Source: Chrysomallon squamiferum (taxonomy: Eukaryota; Animalia; Mollusca). Taken from it: a stretch of DNA of 64,000 nt. Both the position numbers and the translations under genes were made by a program. The stretch spans positions 868,001 through 932,000 of the forward strand of contig CM022670.1 of NCBI GenBank assembly GCA_012295275.1. The letters are read 5' to 3'. Shown in pieces: positions 36,548 through 54,216 of this stretch. The notes under the pieces were generated by a model, which searched no databases, was not told where the DNA came from, and saw only the letters and a list, made by a program, of their open reading frames with translations. The stretch's first letter is position 1. Each line of letters starts with the position of its first letter.

Positions 36548-36632
36548 GACACAAGTAGGTACAAGTGACACACAAACAAACAAGCAAACAAAAATTATGT
36601 ATTTATTTAGCGGAAAACAGAATTACAGTTTA

Positions 36633-37405
36633 TTAACCTCTGGAAAATGATGGCACTTGTATGCCAGGTCGTTCTTGTACTTCAGATGGTTCACTTCGAA
36701 TATCGAAATATCTACGATAAAAGATTTGCTCGTGGCACGTGCAGTCTTGTGGAAGATACAGGTAACGGAAATTAAGACCTTGCGTCCAGAATCCCACGTC
36801 TGTGTAACACCACGCCCAGAACCACACCCTCGTCCACTCGGTAGGCCAACATTTTGTATTACCACAGGCGCAGGGCATTCCACATTTGTTGTAGCTATAA
36901 AATAATAATAATAACAACAATAACAACAACAACAACAACAACAAAACAACAAGAACAGCAACAATCAACAACAATAATAATAATAATAATAACAACAGTA
37001 ACAGCATGCACACTGTCAAGCAAACAAATAATAATAATTAGAATCTGTTTCTTCACAGTTTATGATTTATGGTTTTGATGATCGTAGACAAGATGTCTGA
37101 TGTCAGTTATGGAGTAATTAATTATACTACGTTTGCAGTGGTGTTGGCGGGCGGCGGATAGAGGTGGGATAAGTTAAGATGATTATACTGAAGCATTTTT
37201 TGGATGATAAACAGGGATGGCGATTTATATGTGGGCTTTATGAAGAAATTTGACAGTAGTAGTAACAGCATTAGTGGTAACAGTAGTAGTAGTAGTAGTT
37301 GTAGAAAAAGTAGAAATAATTTTAAATACAATAAAGCAATAAAAATAATAAAATAGCACATAATAATACAGATAAAATAAATACAGTTTTTCATTTAAAT
37401 AAACA

Positions 37406-37459
<54 letters not shown>

Positions 37460-37505
37460 AATAATTTATTACAATTCTATTTTACGAAAAGCTACATAAA
37501 TACAT

Positions 37506-37545
<40 letters not shown>

Positions 37546-38639
37546 AAATATATAAATAAAAAAGTTCACCTACCTGCATCTAGCGGACCTGACTTGTTGC
37601 CAGTAAGGAAGAATAACAAAACACAGGCCTCCATAGAACGTGTCCACGTAACCCGCATTGGGTTTGCAGGGTTCACAGTTTCTCACCCAGTTGTACCACC
37701 ACCTTGTTGAATAAAAAGGTGGATCAATAGGTCGTTGTCTTTTTTTTCTTCCCTTGCAGATTTCTTCTTTAAACTGAAATACGCCTTCTCCGATCTTTTC
37801 TAGCAAAGCCTTTTCTGCTTTGCGTTGTACATCAGAGTACGAATTGGCTGTAATAATAATAATAAAAATAATAATAATAACGGCAACAACTTTTGAACAT
37901 AAGTTCATATCTGAAAACAGTCTTATGACGCCGCAAACAAATCCAGTTTATTATTCTGTAATTTAGAATTAGTCGAATCTGGAAATTGCTGATGAAAAGT
38001 CCACACTGAATTAGACAACGTGCTATTACTACTGGGTGGTGAGCTGGAGGAAAACGGTGGTAGTCTAAAATCTTACGCCTTTTAGGGTAATTAAACTATG
38101 AAATTTATTTTATTTTATTTTATTACATTATTTATGTATTTACTTATTTGTTTATTTATTTATTTAATATTTAGTACCTTTTTTCTATTACTAGCATTCT
38201 TTTTTTCTCGATAGTACGATTATAATAATATTTATTCATTTATGTCTATTGTTATTAATATTATAATATCATCATCATCATCTTCATTATTATAGTTCAA
38301 TCATCATAATCAATATTATTATTATTATTAGTAGTAGTAGTAGTACTATTAGTAGTAGTAGAATATTTACTTCTCCTTTCAAAATTGAATTTCTCTCTTT
38401 CGTCATAGAATGTGACGTTTAGTTTCACTTCCTCATCCGGGTTATCGCGACTCGGTTTACACGACTGTCCAGAAACTGTGGCTATGATCAGACACGTCAA
38501 GATAAGAAGTTTCTGAAAACAAATAAATAATCTACTTAGTAAAAACAGTGACTATTGATCGCATGCTTCTTGATACATTGCAGAACAATCTTTACTGGAT
38601 CTATTCTTCAACATTTTGATGTGATGTTATTAGAAAATA

Positions 38640-38731
<92 letters not shown>

Positions 38732-38738
38732 TTACCAT
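36633..38738 (-). CDS. Gene B: secreted cystine-knot precursor, ~226 aa; exons 38738-38736, 38512-38371, 37847-37574, 36894-36633
   Basis: ATG|GTAAGT; signal MKLLILTCLIIATVSG; furin-type RKKR. Domain NCEPC...LCFVILPYWQQVRSARCSYNKCGMPCACGNTKCWPTEWTRVWFWAWC...YLYLPQDCTC. In phase (681 nt). Confidence 0.87.
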
Positions 38739-38794
38739 TTTGCTTACTTTATTACCACTGTTCTGAATGGAGGTTGTTTTGATCACATCCCAAA

Positions 38795-39015
38795 CTCGGA
38801 TTTTATAGCAAAACTGCCAATATAATTAACATACTAATTATCATCTCTTTGAACTGAATGGCAATTTTAACCAATAGAATAAATCACAAAGCTCTTTACT
38901 TGTCAATATTTACATCCACCCGCCTCACATTCACTTCAGGTCAAGGCTGTGTTTGACCAATAAAATCACGAAGCAGTTTCCTTGTTTTTGACACCCTTTT
39001 ATACGTGACGAACAC
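38795..39015 (-). promoter_or_regulatory. Promoter of gene B (repeated at ~44785-44965 and ~56545-56760)
   Basis: On the minus strand: TATAAAA ~65 nt before ATG, two ATTGG boxes, a GC-box-like GGCGGGTGG and GTCACGT, retained in all three copies. Confidence 0.55.
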
Positions 39016-39982
39016 ACCCTGAAAACAACAAAGACTTTACTATGGGTATTTACTTTAAAATTCATATATGTGCATTTTAAAACATGTTCCCTGGAGTTAC
39101 ATAATATTTATAAGCTTTTAAAATATTTAAATAAATTAATTGTAATGTGCTGGTACAAAAAGAGATTCTTTTCTTTGATAAACAATAAACAAAAAAGTTT
39201 AAACATATAAATAATAAATAATGATAAATAAATAAAAGGAAGTCAGTAATGAGAAAATAATGTTTCAAAAATTTCATAACATGTAAATAATTGTGAGAAT
39301 ATTGTCAGTTTTTGAATTAATTATCAACTGTTAGAACCTTTTCGTACGTACGTAATAACCTTCAAAAATAAACATGATGAGAAAAAGAGAATGAACACGA
39401 GAGGGAAAAGGGGAAGAGGGAGATAAACAGCTAGAGAGAGAGAGAGAGCAGGCTGTTTACTTTATTTTATTAAATTGTATATTTTTGTAAGCAACTTCCA
39501 CACATCGCTGGACTGACAGTTGAAAAAGATGGTTACATGATAACAAATTGTAGTTAAGTTAAAATGACAAAATGGCGGAAACTGAAATTTTTAAATCCGC
39601 CCATAGTGAACTAATTACAAGACAGAGTTCACTCAGCTAAGGTCACAGTACTTCAGTGGTGTAGATCTAGGCCAGAACAGTTTTAGAATCCGTTTCTTGC
39701 TCTGTTTGAAGAGATTTCAGATGTACAGTTGACAGTAACAAACTAATAAAAAAAAATTATCATCACAAATATCTAAATATTTTATATTCAGGACATGACG
39801 ACAGAAATATGATGTGTGTTCACTGAAGTCTTTAAATTGTTTTGGATTATGCGTGTGTTTTTGTGTGCGTCTGTGTGTATAAGTGGAATATCGTGAATTT
39901 TGTCTCGTTTTACTGTACAATTATTAAACTGCCTGACTGAAACAAAGAGAGAAATATACCTTATTTGGGAAATACGTAGTAA

Positions 39983-40122
<140 letters not shown>

Positions 40123-40762
40123 GAACGCATGTATTTACAATAACATAGAATATCTTTCTCAGATTATACATACATCACTTGACAAAAAACAAATTAACAG
40201 AATCCTGTTAGTCGACCTTAAAAAACAAAGTATGTATTGTTGATGTAATCATGCATTGCTTCATGTCAAAGTCTAGTCATGCATAAAGCAATAACCTTTT
40301 CGTGATGTTTGTCCACACAAATATCTAAAAATATTAAACTTATAAAACAGTTTGTTTCTGCTGTATAAGGTCAACCAGCAAGCCTTAACACCCCATAAAC
40401 GTGTATCGACCACATTGGTTATCTATACATAAAGACAGACATAAACGAATAAATATTAGAATAAACATTTTTCATTAGATAAATAAATAAATAAAATAAA
40501 TAAAAGGTGTACATTTAGCAAGAAAGAGGCATTTTTTAGAACAATACTGGTGTCCCACTATCTATACAGACAGGTAGATATAAAGATAAAATAAAAATAA
40601 ATAAATAAATTGTATATACAAATAATATTGTATATATAATAAATAAATAAATAAATAAATAAGTAAATTGTAAAAATAAATAATATTATATATATAATAA
40701 ATAAATAAATTCAAATAATATAATAATATAAGTACATAATTTTGTATTATTTTATTTTGATT

Positions 40763-40846
<84 letters not shown>

Positions 40847-41241
40847 TATTAAAAAAGATGATGTTTTTATTAATAATTATTACTTACAGTCTAGGCATAA
40901 GAAAAAGTTTTTAAAGAAGTGCGTCTGTGTATATGAGTGGAACTCTGTGAATTTTGCCTGTTTGTACCGTAAATGATTAATAATGATTAAACTGTTTAAA
41001 CAAAGAAAAACTGAAAAATTATTACATAAAATTGTTGTTTTTAAAACTGTTCAATTCTTGTTACACTGACGTAAATCTCACTGTTCCTTGTTACGGCGGT
41101 CATGGATAGGTTTAAGAAAAAAAAAAAAACATAAATAAAATGTTCATATACTCCGACAAATATAATTCTATTTTTTTTTCTCATTTTTATTTATTTTATT
41201 TTATTTTTTTAATTATTATTATTTCGTTTTTATTCCATTTT

Positions 41242-41289
<48 letters not shown>

Positions 41290-41290
41290 T

Positions 41291-41337
<47 letters not shown>

Positions 41338-41432
41338 GGTTTTATAAAAGTAAGATGTCGGAGGCTGAAAAAGCCGGCACATTTATAAACATTCCTGTAC
41401 CATCGCTACAATAAATGTAACTGTTTTCTCAA

Positions 41433-41508
<76 letters not shown>

Positions 41509-41613
41509 AACTCAGACACAAGCATGTACAATTAACAAAGAAACAAACAAACAATACAAAAAATAATGTATTTATTTACTTTAGCAGAAAAGAGAATTAC
41601 AAAAACAGTTTAT

Positions 41614-44724
<3,111 letters not shown>

Positions 44725-45343
44725 TTTTGCTTACTTTATTTCCACTGTTCTGAATGGAGGTGGTTTTAATCACATCACAAACTCAGATTTTATAGCAAAA
44801 CTGCCTGTATAATTAATATACTAACTATCTTTGAAGTGAAGGACATTTTGAACCAATAGAATGAATCACAAAAATGTTTACTTGTCATTATTTACATCCA
44901 CCCGCCCCATATTCATTTCAGGTCAAGGCTGTGTTTGACCAATAAAACCCTTTTACACGTGACCGACACACCCTGAAAACAACAAAGACTTTACTATGGG
45001 TATTTACTTTAAAATTCATATATGTGCATTTTAAAACATGTTGCCTGGAGTTAGATAATATTTATAAGCTTTTAAAATCTTTCAAATAAATTAATTGTAG
45101 TGTGCTTCTCTCAAAACATATTATTTTCAAACTGCTTGTTTGCTTAGATAGATATATGAAAAAATAAAATTAAAATGATAAATAAATATAGGAAGACAGT
45201 AATGAGAAAATAAAAATTTCATGATTCAGCTTTTATATGTAAATAACAGATCTAATTGTCAGTCAGCTTAGTGTCTGCTTCTGAATTAATTATCAACTGT
45301 GAGAAAAACTTCGTAAGTACGTAATCACCTCCAAAAATAAACA

Positions 45344-45458
<115 letters not shown>

Positions 45459-45968
45459 TGTTTACTTAACTTTATTAAATTGTATATTTTTGTAAGCAAC
45501 TTCCACACATTGCTGGACTGACAGTTGAAAAAGATGGTTACATGATAACAAATTGCAGTTCATGTTAAAATGACAAAATGGCGGAAACTGAAATTTCTAA
45601 ATCCGCCCATAGTGAACTAATTACAAGACAGATTTCACTCAGCTAAGGTCACAGTACTTCAGAGGTGTAGATCTAGGCCAGAACAGTTTTAAAATCCGTT
45701 TCTTGCTCTGTTTGAAAAGATTTCAGATGTACAGCTGACAGTAACAAATAAAATTGTTTTTCATCACAAATATTTGATATTCAGTAGATGACGACAGAAA
45801 TATGATGTGTGTTCAGTGACGTCTTTAAATTGTCCTTAATTATGTGTGTCTGCGTCTGTGTATATGAGTGGAACACTGAATTTTGTTACGTTTTTTACTG
45901 TACAATTATTAAACTGCCTGACTGAAACAATAAGGGAAATAGTACCTTATTTGGGAAATATGTAGTAA

Positions 45969-46110
<142 letters not shown>

Positions 46111-46771
46111 ACGCATGTATTTACAATAACATAGAATATCTTTCTCAGATTATACATACATCACTATACTATTCACATCAATTGACAAGAAACAAGTTAA
46201 CAGAATTCTATTAGATGACTTTAAAAAAACAAAGTATGTATTGTTGATGTAATCATACATTGCTTCATGTCAAAGTTTAGTCATGCATAAAGCAATAACC
46301 TTTTCGTGATGTTTGTCCGCCCAAATATCTAAAAATATTAAACTTATAAAAACAGTTTGTTTCTGCTGTTTAAGATCAACCAGCAAGCCTTAATTGACCC
46401 CATAAAAACGTGTATCGACCATATTGGTTATCTATACATAAAGACAGACATAAATAAATAAATATTAGAATAAAAAATATTATATATATAATAAATAAAT
46501 AAATACAAAATAATATAATAATATAAGTACACAATTTTGTATTATTAATATTTTGATTAACTCTCTCTCTCTTTCTCTCTCTCACATATATCCAAAAAGA
46601 TGATATTTTCAAAGATGATAATTATTACTTACAGTCTAGGCATAATGATAAATGATAGTTAAGAGGGAATAGTAAAAAAGTAATTTTTCTTTTCCAGGAA
46701 AAAAAAAGAAAAAAATGAGGTAGTTTTATGTTCATCATGTGATGTTTGAATATTTTTACATAATAATAATC

Positions 46772-46872
<101 letters not shown>

Positions 46873-47375
46873 AAAAGAAGATATTTTCATCAAAAATGTT
46901 CTACTTACAGTCTAAGCAGGATGATAAATGACTGTTATCAGAGAATCGTAAACAAGTAATTTTTCTTTTTTAAGAAAAACTTTAAAAAAATTTAAAAAAA
47001 ATTAAAAGGATGCTGTACCTTTATATTCATCATCTGTCATAAGCTGTTTGAAACTTTTTTTTGTTGAAATTTTTTTCTCTTCCCTTTATTTATTTCTTCT
47101 GAATACGAAAAGTGAAAGTGCACGTATTAAATCAGGATATGCATGAAGACTAAACAAGAGAACGAGGTGTCCTCATTCATTAATCTTGGTTCCGAAGACC
47201 ATGTAGTTACGACATTGATGGAGAAGATGCTGTCTCCGCAATTCTCATTGGCTAAACAACTTAGCGATTTTCAAATAAATTAAGAATTTAACTGTTCTGA
47301 AACATCCAGCATAAAGTTAATCAAGAATAAAGAACTAAGACGTTCTTACAGAGTTGTAGATATCACGTTTCTACA

Positions 47376-47909
47376 ATGGTAAGTGTATTTATCACAATAA
47401 TTTACTTCATTTTTATTTATATATTTTTAATATTCATTTGAAATATGAAATGATATTGAAACTCTATTCGTAAGTAATAATTTAGAAAAAAATTGGAATT
47501 ATACGAATATGTCAGAGAAAATAGGAGGACAGAAAAGAAAATGAGAATTGGCAGATAAGAGATTCCATTGTGAACACGAAGTGAACAGAACAGTGTAAGG
47601 CAGGGATGCAGCATCTTTCCTTCTTTTTAACTGTTTTTTTTTTAAATATCTGTTTTCTTCTCTTGTTTATTTAGGTAGATATAACTGCCAAATGGGCAAG
47701 AGAAGGTAAGATCACAAAGATCTCTTACTTATTTCAGTGATGAAATTTGTTTCCTTTTGTCTTTCAGAAACTTTTGTTAATTTTGTGTTTGGTGAAAGCT
47801 GCGCTTTCGAACCAATGTCCCGCAGCCATGAGCAACCGCGAAGTGAAGTTTGGCAGTGACATGACATTTCTTACCGACAGTGTTCTGTCTGCCAAAAGGT
47901 AAAATTGAC

Positions 47910-47942
<33 letters not shown>

Positions 47943-48934
47943 CAACATCAATATAAAAATATTGTAATAGTAGTAAGAAGAAGAACAATAATAAGAACAA
48001 CACTTCAAACTACAACAACAATGATGATGATGCTTGTAACTAATAATTAATAATAACGATAACAAAAACAAAAACAAAAGAATTAGTAGTAGTAGTTCTA
48101 GTAGTATTGGGTTTTGTACGTAATTAAATGAAACAGTAATTTATTTATTTCGGACAGTGCTGTAGAAGTCAAGGCGGAGGCTGATTTTGCACAGAAAGTG
48201 GGGCACGAAATAACGCCATCGAGACACTGTGTTCCAAACGCAAATTGGCCTGTCGTGAAATGTGAACCGTGCCAGCCGAATGCGAGATACTTGAAGAACT
48301 TCTTTCATTCCAGTTTTTGTCGTCAAATTGTTTTAAACAAATTCATTTAACTAGTAAAAGAACACAAATGATTTAAATTAGTTAAATTGTTTTTAAGAGA
48401 GATAAATGACGTTACATTGATGCTGGTACGTAATATATAGTGATTCTGAATTAATCTGATAGACTTTCAAATGTTGTTTTGTTTATACAACTTAGCCTTT
48501 ACCGATAATAAAGCAGGATAAAATTGATCGAACCTGCCGTTTTCATTCTTTCTTTGGTTAACAGAGACGTCAGTGTAAAATAAAATCTTAGACCTGCATA
48601 GCAACGATATCATAAACAACGTTGACAATATTCCAGGTAAAGAAAGAAAAGTAAATGCAAAATTTCTCTTCTGAACAGTTTAGAAGAAAGAAAGGAATAA
48701 GTTCATCATGCAGGTTTTCTGTTATCTTTTTTTAAAATTATTTCTATTGTCACTTACAGCTATTCTCGGTGTAACCATCCGTGTCAAACCGGACACACCC
48801 AGTGCTTACCGACAGAATGGCATCCGATTTGGTTCTGGGGATACTGCCATAAAACCATTGGGGGGTGGCGTGCTGGGCTCAGCTACCACTACCTATACCT
48901 CCCCCAAGATTGTACTTGTTACAAGAACCTGTAA
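47376..48934 (+). pseudogene. Gene E: disabled paralog of F; exons 47376-47378, 47768-47898, 48158-~48315 (truncated), 48760-48934
   Basis: Near-identical to F, but the exon-3 end (CFVIYPHIQKVRTTRC) and its GTAAGT donor are replaced by a shorter unrelated string. Confidence 0.8.
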
Positions 48935-49599
48935 TGAAAGAAGATACAAAGAAATAAAATGTGTGAAATAACTGAAACAAATTAAGTAAACGTTAAAATT
49001 TGAAATCTCATCAACGATTTAAAATTAAAGTTTGAAAGTATTCATTTCTTTCTTCTTTTGTTAATAAATTAGCTGCATTCTAATTTTGTCTTTTTGTCTG
49101 TTTGTGCAGATTGCAATACACAAATATGGTCAATAAAGGTTTTTATGGGGTAAATTAATAGTTGATGATTGACTGATACAGTTTTTAACTGTCGAAAATA
49201 AAGAGGGAAAATTTCACTTTTAGAAACTCATACGAGATGATATATGATTGCAGTGATTGATTTGCTTTCAATATATAATTGGAAAATGTATATCAGAAAT
49301 AATATTTCCGCATTTTTCTAGAAAAACCTGTGCCAGAAAATTCAGTAAGAAGAGCCTAAATTATTTTAGGTGAATATTAATATGCTTAATATATAGATCG
49401 AAGTTTTTCTCCAAGAATTTCCGTGTTCCTAGATGACTGAAGCTGGCTTAAGCCAAGGTAGTAAATGAATGAAGAAATATCGTAATTCTGGAAGAACGAG
49501 GAGACACACAACTAATGCTCACCAGTTTTATATCAGATGTAAAATATCACCAAACATTCCCTTCCTTTTTATAAAACAAATAATAATAATAATAACAAC

Positions 49600-49935
49600 A
49601 AAAGTTTTGAAATAGTTTTAAACAGATTTAGAATTTGAAATAGTTTTAAACAGATTTAGAACTGTACTGTTTTGTTCAAGAAACGCATTTGTATACATGT
49701 CTGATCGCTTTTGTATATAGTTTTAAAAGGTTTTATGAATGTAATTAAATGTTTTTTGGTGTTTTATTTTAAATATGATAAAAAATAATAAATATACAAA
49801 CAAAGGACCAAAGCACACTGCAATAAACATTACAATGGTGAACTCGAATTCCTAGAGAGAAAATTAGAAAATGATTAATGTTTTATTTTTAATAATAATC
49901 AGAACTTCCTCAACCAGCGCGTTCTTTAATTCTTA
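49600..49935. repeat. AT-rich dispersed repeat, also at ~55985-56240 (intron 1 of D) and ~61110-61400
   Basis: Shared GTTTTG.TCAAGAA...CGCTTTTGTATA...GGACCAAAGCACAC...CCAG.GCGTTCT.TAATTCTTAAATA. Confidence 0.75.
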
Positions 49936-50092
49936 AATACATACACACATACATACACACATACATAGACACAAACACATACATACATACACAAACACAC
50001 ACATACATACATACAGTATGCGAAAGGCCATGCTTATAAGAGCGAGAGAGAGACCATGTATGATTAAACACATTCTAAAATGTATGACTTAT

Positions 50093-50133
<41 letters not shown>

Positions 50134-51344
50134 AATAAATAATAATAATAAATAGTAAATAAATAAATAATCAGATAAACAAGCAAATAAAAAGAAACAA
50201 ATGCTATCAAAATTACCAAATTATTCAACACATACCATTACGTTTGATAAAGCACTGGTAATAATACTACTGTCAATAATTATAAAGGGAAATTGCCTAA
50301 GATAATACAACAAGAAAAGCACACACGCACACACACACACACACACAGAAATTCCCACCCACACAAAGTTTATCGATTAACCAGATCTGTTTTATCTAAA
50401 CAACGTCAAATTTTGATAAGACGAACCTACAATACTAGTTAGAACCGTATTAATACTAGTTTTAATTATCACATATTCCTCTACCATTTTATTTATTTAA
50501 ATCTCACACACACAGATATAGTTATGCATATGCATATAAATTTATATATAAATATATACATATATATATATGTGTGTGTGTGTATATATGTGTATATGTG
50601 TGTTGATATATATTTATTTATTTATTTATTTACAGTTATACATTTCTTTCTGAATTTTATTAAACAATACGAATTTCAGTAATAAGACAAAGTTCAGTTA
50701 AGTTCCCTTCATTTAATATCCCGTAAGCTGTACAGTTAATCATTATACCACGATAACCTTTGTGCTTTTATTAATCCGGAAGTGACCCAAAATGTACTAA
50801 TTTCCTATTCAGTTACGATCTACAGTCTTACGAGTTAGGTAAAGTTTTAAAAAGTAGTTCTGTTAATACATGCATAATTTTGCTTTAATGTGATTACGTT
50901 TATGAAAAGAAATAGTAGGGAAGGAGTAAATAAATCAGTGCATTCGGTTTTGGGACATATTTCTTAAATTAAAATATTCTAGATTGTACTAGTGCTGGAA
51001 GGGAGATTACTCTTAACAGATTATTGTGAAATGCTGGCGTAAACATACTTGTTTATAAAATAAGACTTCCTGTTTGAAAACAATAATCGTAATAAATAAC
51101 CATTATTTATTTAAGTTTTAAGAATGTGTTACAGTTATTATTATGAAAAACAAATAATTATATTTGATGTATTTTTCCTGTCGATTGCTAATAAATATTG
51201 ATTCTGTTAAAGTGTAAAATAAAAATGGTTTTTACAGGGTGCCAAACTCTCTCTCTCTATGGTAATAAATAACTGTAGTTTTTGCGAGACGTTAACAGTT
51301 AAGGCATAACTTGTATTGTACATGAATAGCCAGGGCTCGAACAC

Positions 51345-51991
51345 ACGCTGCATAGACTTATTAGGTGTCATCCCAGAAAAGCTGTTGTAAATACAGATTT
51401 CATTTTTAACATGCAGTAAACGACAATTCGTCGGAACTACATTTTATAAGTCGGAGAAACGCAACACATGCAAGTTCATGTAAAATTTACAGTTCTATTT
51501 ACATATTAATTGAATCACACAGTGTAAGGAACCAGAAACAAGCATTACTAAACTTCATTTAAATGTTGCCATAAATTCTTTACTTCATTACAGATTTATT
51601 TATTTTTGTGAATAAATTTAAAATAAAACACCACTGTTGAATTGTTTTGTTAAAAATGTATTAGATTTTTGCTTAAGATATTGTGCGTTATCCCGTGCAA
51701 AGACCTTTAAGATTAAAATTGCAAAACCTCGCCAATTTAACATAATAAACCTGAAGTACAGACAGAAGAGTGGTAAGTGAGGACTCGTGAAAAGCTAATC
51801 CCATGAAACTGCAGTTTACATTGTCACAAAACAGCAGCAACCCAGCCCCAAAGCAGTGTCAAGACTAAAGATGCAGACAGAAGTGAAACAAGTCGTAGAA
51901 GACAGACAGTCGACCACCTTATGGGAAGTGTTTGAAGACAAAAGTGGAGACAATGAAGAAGAAACAAAAGGGGAGTTGTCTGGATATCTCA

Positions 51992-52026
<35 letters not shown>

Positions 52027-52700
52027 TCACGATACGGACATGGACTTGAGTCAGAAAACGATTTCAGATCAGACTACAAGTTAAGGATTCATGCATGCCC
52101 TGAACTGCCCCCCCCCCCATCACTATGGCGATCAAAGAAAAGTATGTTTTAGTTATTCGCTTTTTCCCAGCTATGTGTATAGTACAGACGTTAAGTACTC
52201 AAATATCACTCGTTCGTCAGTGTGTGTGTTATTTTTTTATTTATTTTTTTTATTTTTTTTGATTCGTGATGTTTTGTATGACTATAATTTTTCATATGAC
52301 TACATTTTTCTTTTTGCCATTCGAAACGACCCCGCCCAACCACACACCCTGTCGCTCGGTAGGCCAGGGTTACCAACAAACTTGGTGTGTTCTGGGGATA
52401 TCTGACTTATTATGTCTACGTTCAGTGATGCATGTATGTTTTCTGCATTTTGTTTTGTATAAATCATCTGATGTCACGTTTGTATATGTCCGCATCTACG
52501 ACCACCGTGAAAGTTGGCGCCCTAAACGTTAATGTCCCTTATATTTAATCAGCTAAGTAAATAAAAAATACAGATTATTTGTTTTATTAATGTTTAATTA
52601 ACGTTCTCCGTGTCGTTCGTATAGCTCTAACAAATGATTTACTTCAAATAATGAAATTAATTATCCTTAATATTTTATCATTATCATTATTTTTATATTT
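51345..52700. repeat. Block X, copy 2
   Basis: Alignable throughout to 35184-36480 and 62715-64000. Confidence 0.9.
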
Positions 52701-52712
52701 ATTTTTAATTTT

Positions 52713-52751
<39 letters not shown>

Positions 52752-52976
52752 TTTGTTTGTTTGATTGTTTGTTTTTTGTTAGGTTTTATAAAAGTAAGAT
52801 GTTACAATATTTTATAGATTTGTTTTCATAAAGGATACTTTCTAAATTGTTTGCATGCATACATACATACATATATAGAAACAAACAACCAAATAAATAA
52901 TACTATTTAGTAAAGGATATGTTCAAAGATCTAATGAAAATGATACGTTGCAGGATAAATCTTTAGTGGATTTCGA

Positions 52977-53032
<56 letters not shown>

Positions 53033-53116
53033 ACACAAGTATGTCCAATTGACACACAAACAAACGAGCAAACAAAAATTATGTATTTATTTAGCGGAAA
53101 ACAGGATTACAGTTTA

Positions 53117-54183
53117 TTAACCTCTGGTTAACTGGAAGGGAAATTCAAATCCTCTAGTACGATAAAAGATTTGCTCGTAGCACGAGCAGTCTTGTGGAAG
53201 ATACAGGTAACGGAAATTAAGACCTTCCTTCCAGAATCCCACGTCTGTGTAACACCACGCCCAGAACCACACCCTCGTCCACTCGGTAGGCCAACATATT
53301 GTATTACCACAGGCGCAGGGCATTCCACATTTGCTGTAGCTATAAAATAATAATAATAATAACAATAACAGCAGCAGCAACAACAACAGCAACAACGTCA
53401 ACAACAACAACAATAATAATAATAACAACAGTAACAGAATGCACACTGTCAAGCAAACAAATAATAATAATTAGAACCTGTTTCTTCACAGTTTATGATT
53501 TATGGTTTTGATGATCGTAGACAAGATGTCTGATGTCAGTTATGGAGTAATTAATTATGCTACGTTTGCAGTGGTGTTGGCGGGCGGCGGATAGAGGTGG
53601 GATAAGTTAAGACGATTATACTGAAGTATTTTTTGGATGATAAACAGGGATGCCGATTTATATGTGGGCTTTATGAAGAAATTTGACAGTAGTAGTAAAA
53701 GCAGTTGTAGTAATTACAAATACAATGAAGCAATATAAATAATAAAATACTACATAATAATAAATATAGTTTTAATTTAAATAATAATAATAATAATAAT
53801 AAATAAATAAATAAATATAATTCTGTTTTACAAATAGCTACATAAATAAATTATTAAAAAAATTAAAAAATATAAAAATAAATAAAAAAGTACACCTACC
53901 TGCATCTAGAGGACCTGACTTGTTGCCAGAAAGGATAAATAACAAAACACCGGCCTCCGTAGAACGTGTCCACGTAACCCGCATTGGGTTTGCAGGGTTC
54001 ACAGTTTCTCACCCAGTAGTACCACCATCTTGAATAAAAAGGTAGATCAATAGGTCGTTGTCGTTTTTTTCTTCCCTTACAGCTTTCTTCTTTAAACTGA
54101 AATACGCCTTCTCCGATCTTTTCTAGCAAAGCCTTTTCAGCTTTGCTTTGCACGTCAACGTAACTATCGGCGACCAAACCAAC

Positions 54184-54216
<33 letters not shown>

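Noticed and set aside
37122-37394. Minus-strand ORF in intron 3 of B (also in C)
   Set aside because: Built partly from simple repeats, with no splice support; similarity between copies is explained by recent duplication.
47675-47705. Candidate micro-exon AG|GTAGATATAACTGCC...GAAG|GTAAG in intron 1 of E/F
   Set aside because: 31 nt shifts the frame and the 27-nt version contains a stop; ATG joins exon 2 cleanly without it.
48708-48971. ORF-track peptide ILGVTIRVKPDTPSAYRQNG (also 60511-60735)
   Set aside because: Wrong frame; the in-phase frame encodes the Cys-rich exon 4 of E/F.
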